Below, piece by piece: positions 27,020 through 38,100 of a DNA stretch of 64,000 bases. Position numbers and translations under genes: made by a program. Origin of the DNA: Acidimicrobiaceae bacterium (GTDB lineage: Bacteria; Actinomycetota; Acidimicrobiia; Acidimicrobiales; Aldehydirespiratoraceae); assembly GCA_009844405.1 (NCBI GenBank), contig VYBO01000138.1:1514-65513 (forward strand). The letters are read 5' to 3'. Numbering within the stretch: position 1 is the stretch's first letter; each line of letters begins with the position of its first letter. The notes below the pieces were generated by a model. That model saw only the letters and a list, made by a program, of their open reading frames with translations, did no database searches and had not been told where the DNA came from.

Positions 27020-28450
27020 CTAGGGGACGCGCTCCAGGCGGAGCACGTTGGCGCTGCGCGACCGGTTGTCGGCCCCGGCCAGGATCCCGACGATCTCGCC
27101 GGAGCGGGCGAAGTCGCGGTCGCGGGCCACCGCCACCGCCTGGCGGACCATCTCCTCGTTGGAGCCCCTGTCCTTGACCAGCACCGGTGTGGTGCCCCAG
27201 CTCAGGGTGAGCTGCTGCACGGTCCTGGGGTTGTGCGACAGGCCGACGATCCGCGCGTGGGGCCGGAACCGGGCCATGGACCGTACGGTGAAGCCGGTGC
27301 CGGAGATGGCCAGGATGGTGGAGATCCCGAGCCCGTCGGCGGCCCGCCAGGCCGCCATTGTCATGGCGTCGGTGATCGAGGTGGCGTTGTGGCTGGAGTC
27401 GTCGGTCATGCGCAGCTCGGCCAGGCGCTCGGCCCACAGCTCGTAGTCGAACTCCTCGTCGGCCCGCCGGGCGATGCGGTCCATGGTGCGGACCACGTTC
27501 GCCGGGTCGGTCCCGATGGCGGTCTCACCCGAGAGCATCAGCGCGGAGGAGCCGTCGAACACGGCGTTGGCCACGTCGCTGGCCTCGGCCCGGGTCGGCG
27601 ACGGGCGCGACGCCATCGACTCGAGCATCTGGGTGGCGGTGATCACCGGACGGCCGCCCGCGATGCACTGCTGGATGATCTGCTTCTGGAGGTGGGGCAG
27701 CTCCTCGATGCTGCACTCGCTGCCGAGGTCGCCGCGGGCCACCATGATCGCTCCGGCGGCGTCGATGATGCCGGCCAGGTTCTGCACGGCCGCCCTGGTC
27801 TCGATCTTGGCGATCAGCAGCGGGCCGCGGGGATGGGGCTCGGTGCCGACCCGCCGGATGTCGTGGGCGGAGCGCACGAACGATATGGCCACCATGTCCA
27901 CGCCGAGTTCGATGAAGGCGTCGAGGGCCGCGAAGTCGCTGGGGGTCGGGGTGGACACCCGCAGCCGGTCGGCGGGGATGTGAACGCCGGGGCAGCCCGA
28001 CAACGCGCCGCCGTGGACGACCCGGACCTTGAGTCGGTCGCCGCCCTTGTCGATGACGTCGAGCACCACCCGCCCGTCGCCCACGTCGAGGGTGTCGCCC
28101 ACCAGCACGTCGTCCATCAGGCCCTCGTAGTCCACCTCCACGACGCCGTCGGTCGAGCGGTCGCTGCCGACCACCAGCTCGACGGTGCTGTCAGAATGGA
28201 ACCGCACCGGGTCCTCGCCGAAGCTGGCCGCCCGCACCTTGGGTCCGGGAAGGTCCACCAGGATCCCCACCGGCCGGCTTTCCTGCTCGGAGACCGAGCG
28301 GATGCGCTGGTAGCGCTCGATGGCCTCGTCGAGCGTCCCGTGGGCCAGCCCGATGCGGGCCACGTCCATTCCGGCGGCCATCATGTCGCGCAGCGTGGAC
28401 TCGTCCTCGCTGGCCGGACCGATGGTGGCGACGATCTTCGTGCGGCGCTG
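27020..28450 (-). CDS. pyk: pyruvate kinase
   Basis: MQRRTKIVATIGPAS... and MVARGDLG motifs. Start taken at the MQRRTK methionine. Confidence 0.9.
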   Translation of the reverse strand, partial: QRRTKIVATIGPASEDESTLRDMMAAGMDVARIGLAHGTLDEAIERYQRIRSVSEQESRPVGILVDLPGPKVRAASFGEDPVRFHSDSTVELVVGSDRSTDGVVEVDYEGLMDDVLVGDTLDVGDGRVVLDVIDKGGDRLKVRVVHGGALSGCPGVHIPADRLRVSTPTPSDFAALDAFIELGVDMVAISFVRSAHDIRRVGTEPHPRGPLLIAKIETRAAVQNLAGIIDAAGAIMVARGDLGSECSIEELPHLQKQIIQQCIAGGRPVITATQMLESMASRPSPTRAEASDVANAVFDGSSALMLSGETAIGTDPANVVRTMDRIARRADEEFDYELWAERLAELRMTDDSSHNATSITDAMTMAAWRAADGLGISTILAISGTGFTVRSMARFRPHARIVGLSHNPRTVQQLTLSWGTTPVLVKDRGSNEEMVRQAVAVARDRDFARSGEIVGILAGADNRSRSANVLRLERVP

Positions 28451-28530
28451 CATTTCCGAAATGCTACCGCCGGCGGTGGACGCCTGTGGATGACTGCCTG
28501 CCTTTGCTATGCGCCCACTACGGTGCACCC

Positions 28531-29292
28531 ATGGCGCGCCACCCGTACCTGGACGTGGACGGGCCCATCGCCTTCGCCCACCGGGGCGGGGCCGAGGAGT
28601 TCCCCGAGAACACGCTGCGGGCCTTCCGCCACGCCGTGGACCTGGGCTACACCCATGTGGAGACCGACGTCCACGCCACCGCCGACGGGGTCGCGGTGGC
28701 CTTCCACGACGACTCGCTGGACCGGGTCACCGACGGGAGCGGCGTCGTGGGCGACCTCCCCTGGAGCCGGGTCCGGCAAGCCCGGGTGGCAGGCAGCGAC
28801 CCGATCATGCTCCTCGACGAGCTCCTGGAGGAGTTGCCGGACACCAGGGTCAACATCGATCCCAAGAGCGACGCTGCGGTCGGGCCGCTGGTGGAGGTGC
28901 TCAGGCGAACCGGCGCGGTCGAGCGGGTGTGCGTGTGCTCGTTCTCGGACCGGCGCACCCGGCAGGTTCGCGACCAGATCGGGGGCTCGCTGTGCGTCGG
29001 CGCCGGCCCCCGCGGCGTCGCACGCCTGCTGGCCGCCTCGGCCCGGCTCGGCGCGCCGGCATCCTTCGACTTCCACGCCGCACAGGTGCCGGTGCGGGCC
29101 AAGGGCTTGACGCTGGTGCGGCCCGCGATGCTGGCCGCAGCCCATCGCCACGGCGTCGCGGTCCATGTCTGGACCATTGACGAGCCGGCCGAGGTGCACC
29201 GCCTCCTCGACATGGGGGTGGACGGAATCATGACCGACCGGCCCTCGGCACTGCGCCAGGTGATGATCGAGCGGGGCCACTGGGAGGCCTGA
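28531..29292 (+). CDS. glycerophosphodiester phosphodiesterase
   Basis: FAHRGG...PENTL.AF...G...VETDV..T.DG..V..HD motif set. Confidence 0.85.
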   Translation: MARHPYLDVDGPIAFAHRGGAEEFPENTLRAFRHAVDLGYTHVETDVHATADGVAVAFHDDSLDRVTDGSGVVGDLPWSRVRQARVAGSDPIMLLDELLEELPDTRVNIDPKSDAAVGPLVEVLRRTGAVERVCVCSFSDRRTRQVRDQIGGSLCVGAGPRGVARLLAASARLGAPASFDFHAAQVPVRAKGLTLVRPAMLAAAHRHGVAVHVWTIDEPAEVHRLLDMGVDGIMTDRPSALRQVMIERGHWEA

Positions 29293-29309
29293 TCGGGCCG
29301 TTCGGAGCA

Positions 29310-29345
29310 CTCGAATCGGCGCCAGGCCGTGACCGTGTTGTGCAT
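29310..29345 (+). repeat. 36-bp perfect direct repeat, copy 1
   Basis: CTCGAATCGGCGCCAGGCCGTGACCGTGTTGTGCAT, identical to 29382-29417. Confidence 0.9.
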
Positions 29346-29381
29346 GTCTTCGCGGGGCGCAGGAGCTGCGTGTACCGGCCG

Positions 29382-29417
29382 CTCGAATCGGCGCCAGGCC
29401 GTGACCGTGTTGTGCAT
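29382..29417 (+). repeat. 36-bp perfect direct repeat, copy 2
   Basis: Identical to copy 1, separated from it by a 36-bp unique spacer. Confidence 0.9.
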
Positions 29418-29433
29418 AACCGGGCACCGCTTG

Positions 29434-29473
29434 GGGATTTCTCGAGAATACTCGGGATTTCGATGGGGATTTC
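29434..29473 (+). repeat. three GGGATTTC motifs (iteron-like)
   Basis: GGGATTTC at 29434, 29454 and 29466, each near a CTCGRG-like element, directly upstream of a TTGACA hexamer. Confidence 0.4.
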
Positions 29474-29484
29474 GCGTTCTCGGG

Positions 29485-29513
29485 TTGACAACCCGGAGCA
29501 GACCCCCCAAGAT
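29485..29513 (+). promoter_or_regulatory. candidate sigma-70-type promoter
   Basis: TTGACA (29485-29490), 17-nt spacer, CAAGAT (29508-29513). No ORF follows for about 540 nt. Confidence 0.3.
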
Positions 29514-30064
29514 GCCCAGCGTCCGAAGTGAGCAGCGACATAGGCACTGAACCAGCCGCCGAGGGCCTCGGCCCGGAGCAGCGGAGCAGAGTCGTTGAAG
29601 CGGTCCGCAGAGGACGCCCAGCCAGCCAGACCGGTTCTCAGGAGCCGGTGGGTCAGCCGGGGACACGGAGGTTCTCCTCCGAGCTAGCTGCAGCAATCCC
29701 CGACGGGGGAGGATGGCAGCAAGGTCGGAGAAGGATCACCTCGCCGGAAGGCCCGGCGGCAACCGAGCACACCGCCGGGTGAGCGAGGGAGTCGCCGGAA
29801 CCGCCTCGAGGTGAGGGTGTCGCCGAGGCACCGGGGCGAGTCCCGATTCCGACGGGGACCGGGGAGAACCGGAGTCTCAGGAGGTGCCGACGGGTACCGC
29901 CGGGTGATTCGGGCCAACGCCACGGAGCCGTCCGGGGCGGGGGTCAGGGCACTGAACCGGATACGGGGATGTGTCCCGGAGCACCGCAGAGTCCGACGGG
30001 ATCAGGCGGTCGGTGGACAGGCGCAATCGGAGCCCCGAGAAGTTGAGCGGCGCAAGCCGGGAGG

Positions 30065-31077
30065 CTACTCGGGGCTCCGTCGCGTCCCGGCCGCTTGAGC
30101 CGTCCCGAGCGCCCGAGCCGTGGCGCCAGTGGAGGCAGGGCTGAGCAGCCGGATGTCCGAGTCGCCAGGCCGGACGCTCGCCAGCGCAGCGAAGGCGTCC
30201 ATGATGGCCTCGGCCTCGAACACCCGGTTGCGGCGGCCCGCGCTCCGCTGCACCAGGATGCCGGCACGCTGCAACGCGTCGAGGCTGCGCAGCGCGGTGT
30301 GCTTCTTGACGCCGAGCAGGTCCATCACCTGAGGCATGGTGAGCACGGGGTGGGCGGGCAGCAACTCGATCAGCCGCAGCGCGGCGCTGGACTTGCGCAG
30401 GCCCGCCGCCGCGGCCTGGGCCCGCCAGCGGTCCCCGACATCGGAGATGTGGGAGAGTATGCGCTCAGCGTAGGACGCGGCGTCGATGACGCTCTCGGCC
30501 ATCAGACCCAGCCACGGCACGAGCGCGGCGGACCGCTCGGGATCCGTCACGCCGCAGGCGACATGGGATCGGCTGAGGGCGTCCACGTACTCGACGCGGC
30601 GCATAGCCAGCGAGGAACTGATCGGCACGGTGCAACCGGGGGTGAGACCGCTTCGCCGCAGCATCAGGTGCATGAGCGCGCGCCCCGTGCGGCCGTTGCC
30701 GTCGACGAACGGGTGGATCGTCTCGAACTGGACGTGGGCGAGAGCCACCCCTAACAGGCTGCCCGCGCCGTAAGAGTTGATGTAGGCCACGAGGTCCGCG
30801 ACGGGGTCCTGCACCTCCTCGGGCGGCGGCGGGACGTAGGACGCGTCGAGCGGGGTCGGGAGCGCCCTGGAGGCAATCCAGCTCTGTCTGGTCCGCAGCC
30901 GCCCGGCATCCGGGTCGTCGGTGCCCAGCAGCGTCGCATGCGCTGAAGCCGCCGGCGGCCAATGTGCATACTCCCCCGCGGTTTCGGTGGTGCACGCCGG
31001 CGGCGTGCGCCAATGGAGTTCTCGACATCGAGGACCGTCAGCGTTCCGGCCGAAGGGCTCGAGATACTGGTGTTCAC
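30065..31077 (-). pseudogene. Fic-domain (AMPylase family) gene remnant, 5'-truncated and frameshifted
   Basis: HPFVDGNGRTGRAL core and a C-terminal wHTH-like region are intact. Upstream homology (GRLRTRQSWIAS...YVPPPPEEV) continues in frame with no start codon. The SS.(I)EGT-like segment (ISSPSAGTLTVLDVEN) sits in another frame. About the first 55 aa are absent. Confidence 0.65.
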
Positions 31078-31108
31078 CGCAGAACCCTCAGCCGCTGCCC
31101 TCGCCGTC

Positions 31109-31743
31109 GTGAAGGTCGGCGAGGAAATGGCCGAGGAGGAGGCGCCCGGGACGATCGTGGATGTGGCTGTGGCCTCGGGGTCGTTCCCGACCCTGGTCGC
31201 GGCGGTTCAGGCTGCCGGCCTGGTCGACACGCTGAACGGCGAGGGACCGTTCACGGTGTTCGCGCCCACCGAGGAGGCCTTCGCGGCGGCGCTGGCCGCG
31301 TTGGGCGTGTCTGCCGAGGATCTCCTGGCGAACACCGAGCTGCTCACTTCCGTGCTGACCTACCATGTGCTGCCAGTGGTCGCGCCGGCCGATGTGGTGG
31401 TCACCCTGGACGGCGAGAGCGTCACGACCGTCAACGGAGCGGGCGTGAACATAAGCATCGACGGCAGCACCGTCATGGTCAACGACGCGACCGTGGTGAC
31501 CACCGACAAAGAAGCCTCCAACGGCGTCATCCATGTCATCGACGCCGTCCTGCTCCCGCCCGCTGACGACATGGCCGAAGAGGACATGGGCGACGAGTAT
31601 GGCGCCCGAAGGTGCGGCCGAGACCCCGCTTCGGCGGCACGGCCGGCGCCGGCGCCAACAGCGTGGCCGTCCCGCTGGCCGCCACCTTGGCGGCCGTGGC
31701 CCCGATCGGCGGGACAGCCCTGGTGGCCCGGCGCCACAGCTGA
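31109..31743 (+). pseudogene. fasciclin (FAS1) domain protein, apparently degraded
   Basis: The FAS1 core is intact (TIVDVA..SGSFPTLVAAVQAAGLVDTL.GEGPFTVFAPT..AF...NGVIHVIDAVLLP). There is no signal peptide. Two +1 shifts, near 31598 and 31627, are needed to read the MAPEGAAET/FGG...TM...RRHS tail that is paralogous to the next gene. Confidence 0.5.
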
Positions 31744-31980
31744 CGGCGAACCGACTCGCCGGGCACGGAGTTCGCAACGAACACCGGGCCCTCAGCGGAA
31801 AGACGGCGGACTGCGGCACTGGCGTTTCATGGTCGCTGCCGCAGTCGCGTTGCCCCGCCCCGCAGAGCGCGTCGTGTGTATACTCGCCGGCAGTTGCGGT
31901 TGGGTGTGCTCAGAGCGCATGCAGCGGGAGCTTGGTATCGGCAGACGCGGAGCAGTCAGCTCCATGAAAGGACAGAACCG

Positions 31981-32688
31981 ATGAAGAGAATCACGGCACT
32001 GGCAGCCCTCGTGAGCGTGTTGGCCCTGTTTGTGCTCACCGGCCAGGCCTCAGCTCAGGACGGACCGTCGCTGACAGCCGACCCGCCGGCCGTGGCCGGA
32101 CCGGGAACCCATTCCTTCACACTCACGGGATCGGGCTGGACGCCAGGGCTCATGGTGTTCATCGTTCCATGCACATTGCCAGGCGACCAGCTGACGACTG
32201 CCTCGTCGTTCGATGAGATCGTGGCCACCCTGTCGAGCATCGGTCAAGACGCCTGCGTTCTCGCTCCCATGGGCTCGGCTCCGGTGGGAGGCGACGGCAC
32301 CTTCACCGTCGAGGTCACGCACGACGTGCCGGCCAACTTCGCCTTCGGTGCTGGCGACGCCGGCAGCACGGAGACCAGCGCTGCTCCGGTGCTGTTCATC
32401 GCCGAGGACATGGGTGACGACATGGACGACATGGGTGACGACATGGACGACATGGACGACATGGACGACATGGACGACATGGACGACATGGGTGACATGG
32501 ACGACATGGGTGACATGGACGACATGGACGACATGGGTGACGACATGGCGCCCGATGGTGCGGCCGAGACCGGCTTCGGCGGCATGGCCGGATCCGACGG
32601 CAACAGCGTGGCCGTCCCGCTGGCCGCCACCCTGGCGGCAGTAGTCCTGCTCGGCGGGGCTGCGCTGGCCACCCGACGTCACTCCTAA
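31981..32688 (+). CDS. secreted protein with (Asp-Met)n repeat and C-terminal AAETG-type sorting signal
   Basis: Signal peptide MKRITALAALVSVLALFVLTGQASA, then a globular domain, then the DMGDDMDDM... repeat. The tail is PDGAAETGFGG, a hydrophobic helix and RRHS. Confidence 0.8.
   Translation: MKRITALAALVSVLALFVLTGQASAQDGPSLTADPPAVAGPGTHSFTLTGSGWTPGLMVFIVPCTLPGDQLTTASSFDEIVATLSSIGQDACVLAPMGSAPVGGDGTFTVEVTHDVPANFAFGAGDAGSTETSAAPVLFIAEDMGDDMDDMGDDMDDMDDMDDMDDMDDMGDMDDMGDMDDMDDMGDDMAPDGAAETGFGGMAGSDGNSVAVPLAATLAAVVLLGGAALATRRHS
32407..32547 (+). repeat. in-frame tandem repeat (GACATGGAC/GACATGGGT units) encoding Asp-Met-rich tract
   Basis: About 47 codons made almost only of D, M and G. Confidence 0.9.
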
Positions 32689-32719
32689 CAGACAACCAAC
32701 CCGCTAGGGGCGGGAGTTC

Positions 32720-33487
32720 GTGGCGAACACCAAGTCCTCAGCGGCAAGACTGCGGACTGCGGCAGCGGCGCTCATCGCCGCTGCCGCAGTCGCGTCCTGC
32801 GGTACCGACCCGGTGGCGGGGGGCGTACCGGAACCGACGTCGACGGCCGCGACAGAGGCGCCGGCAGTCACGACGGACGCGTTGACAACCCACACGGACG
32901 CGACGACGCTCATCGCGGTAGAGCCGTCGGCCTCAGCGGCTGAGCCTGCCCTCGCCCCCGTCACCACCGGCGCGCCGTCTTGGGACTACTCGCCGTTGGC
33001 GGACCACTTGAGCCACGACGCAGTCGACGACGCCCGGATGCAGGCGCCCAACCCCGCGGCCATCCGCATCCCGAGGCTCGAGGTGGAGGCTCCGATCATC
33101 CCCCTGGGCCTTCAAGAGGACGGCTCGATAGAGGTGCCGGAGGACCCGGACAGCGCAGGCTGGTGGCTGGGCGGCCCCGAACCGGGCGAGACGGGACCCG
33201 CCGTGATACTCGGTCATGTGGACTCCCAGGAGGAGGGCCCCGCCGTGTTCTTCTACCTCCAGTACCTGGACCCCGGCGACGAGATCCACATAGACCGGGT
33301 GGACGGATCGACGGTCACCTACGTGGTCGAGTCGACCGAGCGCCACGACAAGGACGAGTTCCCCACTGATGCGGTCTACGGGCCGACGGAGGATCCGACG
33401 CTCCGGCTGGTCACCTGCGGCGGCGACTTCGACTTCGGTGTGAGGACCTACGCGGACAACGTGATCGTCTTCGCTTCGCTGGCCTGA
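32720..33487 (+). CDS. sortase-family transpeptidase (class F-like)
   Basis: Catalytic His in VILGHVDS, Cys in LRLVTCGG, downstream Arg (GVRTYADN). N-terminal hydrophobic/lipobox-like AAVASCG. Confidence 0.8.
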   Translation: MANTKSSAARLRTAAAALIAAAAVASCGTDPVAGGVPEPTSTAATEAPAVTTDALTTHTDATTLIAVEPSASAAEPALAPVTTGAPSWDYSPLADHLSHDAVDDARMQAPNPAAIRIPRLEVEAPIIPLGLQEDGSIEVPEDPDSAGWWLGGPEPGETGPAVILGHVDSQEEGPAVFFYLQYLDPGDEIHIDRVDGSTVTYVVESTERHDKDEFPTDAVYGPTEDPTLRLVTCGGDFDFGVRTYADNVIVFASLA

Positions 33488-33543
33488 GGCCGAGCTTGCG
33501 AGGCCCCCGGGCGCGAGCGGTCTCAGGATGCCTCAAGCAGCAT

Positions 33544-35007
<1,464 letters not shown>

Positions 35008-35013
35008 GCTCCC

Positions 35014-35109
35014 CGCTCTTGTTCGCTGCGCTCACGGGTCGCTCGGGCCACGGCCTCGTTGGGCGTACCGGTGGAGCCATCACGAATCGCCGCTTTCCCG
35101 CTCGGCCTC
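35014..35109 (+). repeat. dispersed 96-nt intergenic repeat, copy R3
   Basis: Fills the gltB-gltD intergenic gap and ends 3 nt before the gltB stop codon. Confidence 0.8.
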
Positions 35110-35112
35110 TGG

Positions 35113-38100
35113 TCACCCGTGGGCCGCGGCCATGACCGCGGCCACCTCGTCGATGCCCTCGACGCGGGCCTGCTCAGCCGCCTGACGCACGCGCTTGTAG
35201 TCGATGGGCATCACCTTCACGAACTTCTTCGAGGCTGAGGCCCAGTCGTCGAGCAGCCGGGCCGCTACCTCGCTGCCGGTCTCGTGGCGGTGGCGCTCCA
35301 CCCGGTGCCGCAGCCACACGAAGTCCTCGCCGTCGAGCTCCTCCAGTTCCACCATCTCGGGGTTCGCCCGCACCGGCAGCCTGCCGCCGGGGTCGTAGAC
35401 GAGGGCGATGCCGCCCGACATCCCGGCCGCGAAATTGCGGCCCACCGGGCCGAGGACCACCGTGCGACCGCCGGTCATGTACTCGCACCCGTGGTCGCCG
35501 ACGCCCTCCACCACCGCGATGGCCCCAGAGTTGCGCACGCAGAACCGCTCCCCCACCAGACCCCGCAGGTACATCTCTCCCGAGGTGGCGCCGTAGCCGA
35601 TGACGTTGCCCGCGATGACGTTGCGCTCCGCCGCGAAGTTGGCGTCGGCCGGCGGGCGCACGACGATGCGCCCGCCCGACAGGCCCTTGCCGACGTAGTC
35701 GTTGGCGTCGCCCTCGAGGCGCAGGGTGATTCCCCGTGGCACGAACGCCCCGAAGGACGTTCCGGCCGAGCCGGTGAAGTTCACGACGATGGTTTCGTCG
35801 GGCAGGCCGGCCGCGCCGTAGCGCCGCGTCACCTCGCTGCCCAGCAGCGTGCCGACCGTGCGGTTGGTGTTGCGGATGGGGATGTCGATGGTCACTGGAC
35901 GGCTGTCGGACAGGGCGCCCTCGGCGAGCTTGATCAGCATCTGGTCGAGGGCCCGGTCCAGGCCGTGGTCCTGCTCCGCTCGCTGGTGGCGCACGGCGCC
36001 TGGCTCGACCGGCGGCAGGTGCAGGATAGGCGTGAGGTCCAGGCCCGAGGCCTTCCAGTGGTCGACTGCGTCGGTCACGTCGAGCATCTCGACCTGCCCG
36101 ACGGCCTCCTCGATGCTGCGGAAGCCGAGCTCCGCCAGCATCTCCCGCACCTCTTCGGCGATGAACTCGAAGAAGTTGACCACGAACTCGGGCTGTCCCG
36201 AGAACTTCTTGCGCAGTTCGGGGTTCTGGGTGGCCACGCCCACCGGGCAGGTGTCGAGGTGGCACACCCGCATCATCACGCAGCCCATCACCACCAGGGG
36301 CGCGGTGGCGAAGCCGAACTCCTCGGCTCCCAGCAGCGCGGCGATGACCACGTCGCGGCCGGTCTTGAGCTGGCCGTCGACCTGCACGACTATGCGATCG
36401 CGCAGATCGTTGAGGAGCAGCGTCTGCTGGGTCTCGGCCAGTCCCAGCTCCCAGGGCGCGCCGGCGTGCTTGATGGAGGTCAGCGGCGACGCTCCCGTGC
36501 CGCCGTCGTGGCCGGAGATGAGCACCACGTCGGCGTGGGCCTTGGACACCCCGGCGGCCACCGTGCCCACCCCCACCTCGGCCACCAGCTTGACGTGGAT
36601 GCGGGCCGCGGGGTTGGCGTTCTTGAGGTCGTGGATGAGCTGGGCCAGGTCCTCGATGGAGTAGATGTCGTGGTGGGGCGGCGGGGAGATGAGCCCGACC
36701 CCCGGCGTGGAATGCCGGGTCTTGGCGATCCACGGGTACACCTTGTGTCCCGGCAGTTGGCCGCCCTCGCCGGGCTTGGCCCCCTGGGCCATCTTGATCT
36801 GGATGTCGTCCGCGTTGACCAGGTACTCGCTGGTCACGCCGAAGCGCCCCGACGCGGCCTGCTTGACCGCGCTGCGCCGGAGGTCGCCGTTGGGATCGGG
36901 GATGTAGCGGTCGGCGTCCTCGCCGCCCTCGCCGGTGTTGGACTTGCCCCCGATGCGGTTCATGGCGATGGCCAGGGTCTCGTGGGCCTCCTTGGAGATC
37001 GATCCGTAGCTCATGGCGCCGGTGGCGAAGCGCCTGACGATCGCCGCCACCGGCTCGACCTCGTCGAGCGGCACCGCAGGACGCTCACCGGTGCGGAGCC
37101 GGAACAGCCCCCGCAGGGTGCCCAGGCGGCTGGACTGGTCGTCGACGCGCCGGGTGTACTCCCCGAAGATGTCGAAGCGGCGCTCGCGGGTGGCGTGCTG
37201 GAGCTTGAACACGGTCTCGGGGTTGAACAGGTGGTACTCGCCCTCGCGCCGCCACTGGTACTCGCCGCCGGCCTCGATGGTGCGGTGGGCCCGCCGGGTG
37301 GCGTTGGCCGGGAAGGCCCGACGGTGGCGCACCGCCACCGCGGCCGCGATCTCTTCGGTGCCGATGCCTCCCAGGCGGCTGGCCGTTCCGGTGAAGTGCT
37401 TGTCCACCAGCTCGGGGCCCAGCCCGATGGCCTCGAAGATCTGGGCGCCGGTGTAGGAGGCCACTGTGGAGATGCCCATCTTGGACATCACCTTGAGGAT
37501 CCCCGCGCAGGCGGCCTTCACGAAGTTGCGGTGCGCGGCCTCGACCCCCGTGGCCGGGTCCAGGCCGTGGAGTCCCTCCGTCACCATCTGGGTGATGGTC
37601 TCGAAGGCCAGGTAGGGGTTGACCGCGTTGGCGCCGTAGCCGAGATGCAGGCACAGGTGGTGGACTTCGCGGGCGTCGCCGGACTCCGACACCAGCCCCA
37701 CCCGGGTGCGGGTGCGCTCCCGCACCAGGTGCTGGTGCAAAGCGGAGACGGCCAGCAGCGACGGGATGGGCGCCATCCGCTCGTCGCTGCCCCGGTCGGA
37801 CACCACCAAGATGTTGGCTCCGGCCTCGATGGCGTCGGAGGCCGCCTCGCAAAGCCCGTCCAGGGCCCGGCGCAGGCCGTCGCCCCCGTCGACGACGGCG
37901 AACAGGGCGGGCAGCACCTCCGTGCGGAAGTCGCCGAGACCGCCCGGCCCGTCGATCTCCACCAGCCGGGCCAGCTCGGAGTCGGTGATGACCGGGCTGT
38001 CGAGGTGAACGGTCCGGCACGACGACGGCTGGGGGTCGAAGAGGTTGCCCTCGCCGCCGACCCGGGCGTACAGCGAGGTGACCAGCTCCTCCCGGATGGC

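Noticed and set aside
29310-29417. CRISPR array call
   Set aside because: There are only two repeats and one spacer. No third copy lies at the expected 72-bp phase. No cas genes are in the window, and the repeat lacks a typical CRISPR terminal motif. It is reported as a direct repeat only.
29500-30064. RNase P RNA, SRP RNA or group II intron in the ORF-free region
   Set aside because: I found none of the following on either strand: GAGGAAAGTCC (RNase P), an SRP domain IV GGAA/AGCA motif in the right context, or a GUGYG 5' end with a domain V consensus. The region is left as an unclassified candidate ncRNA.
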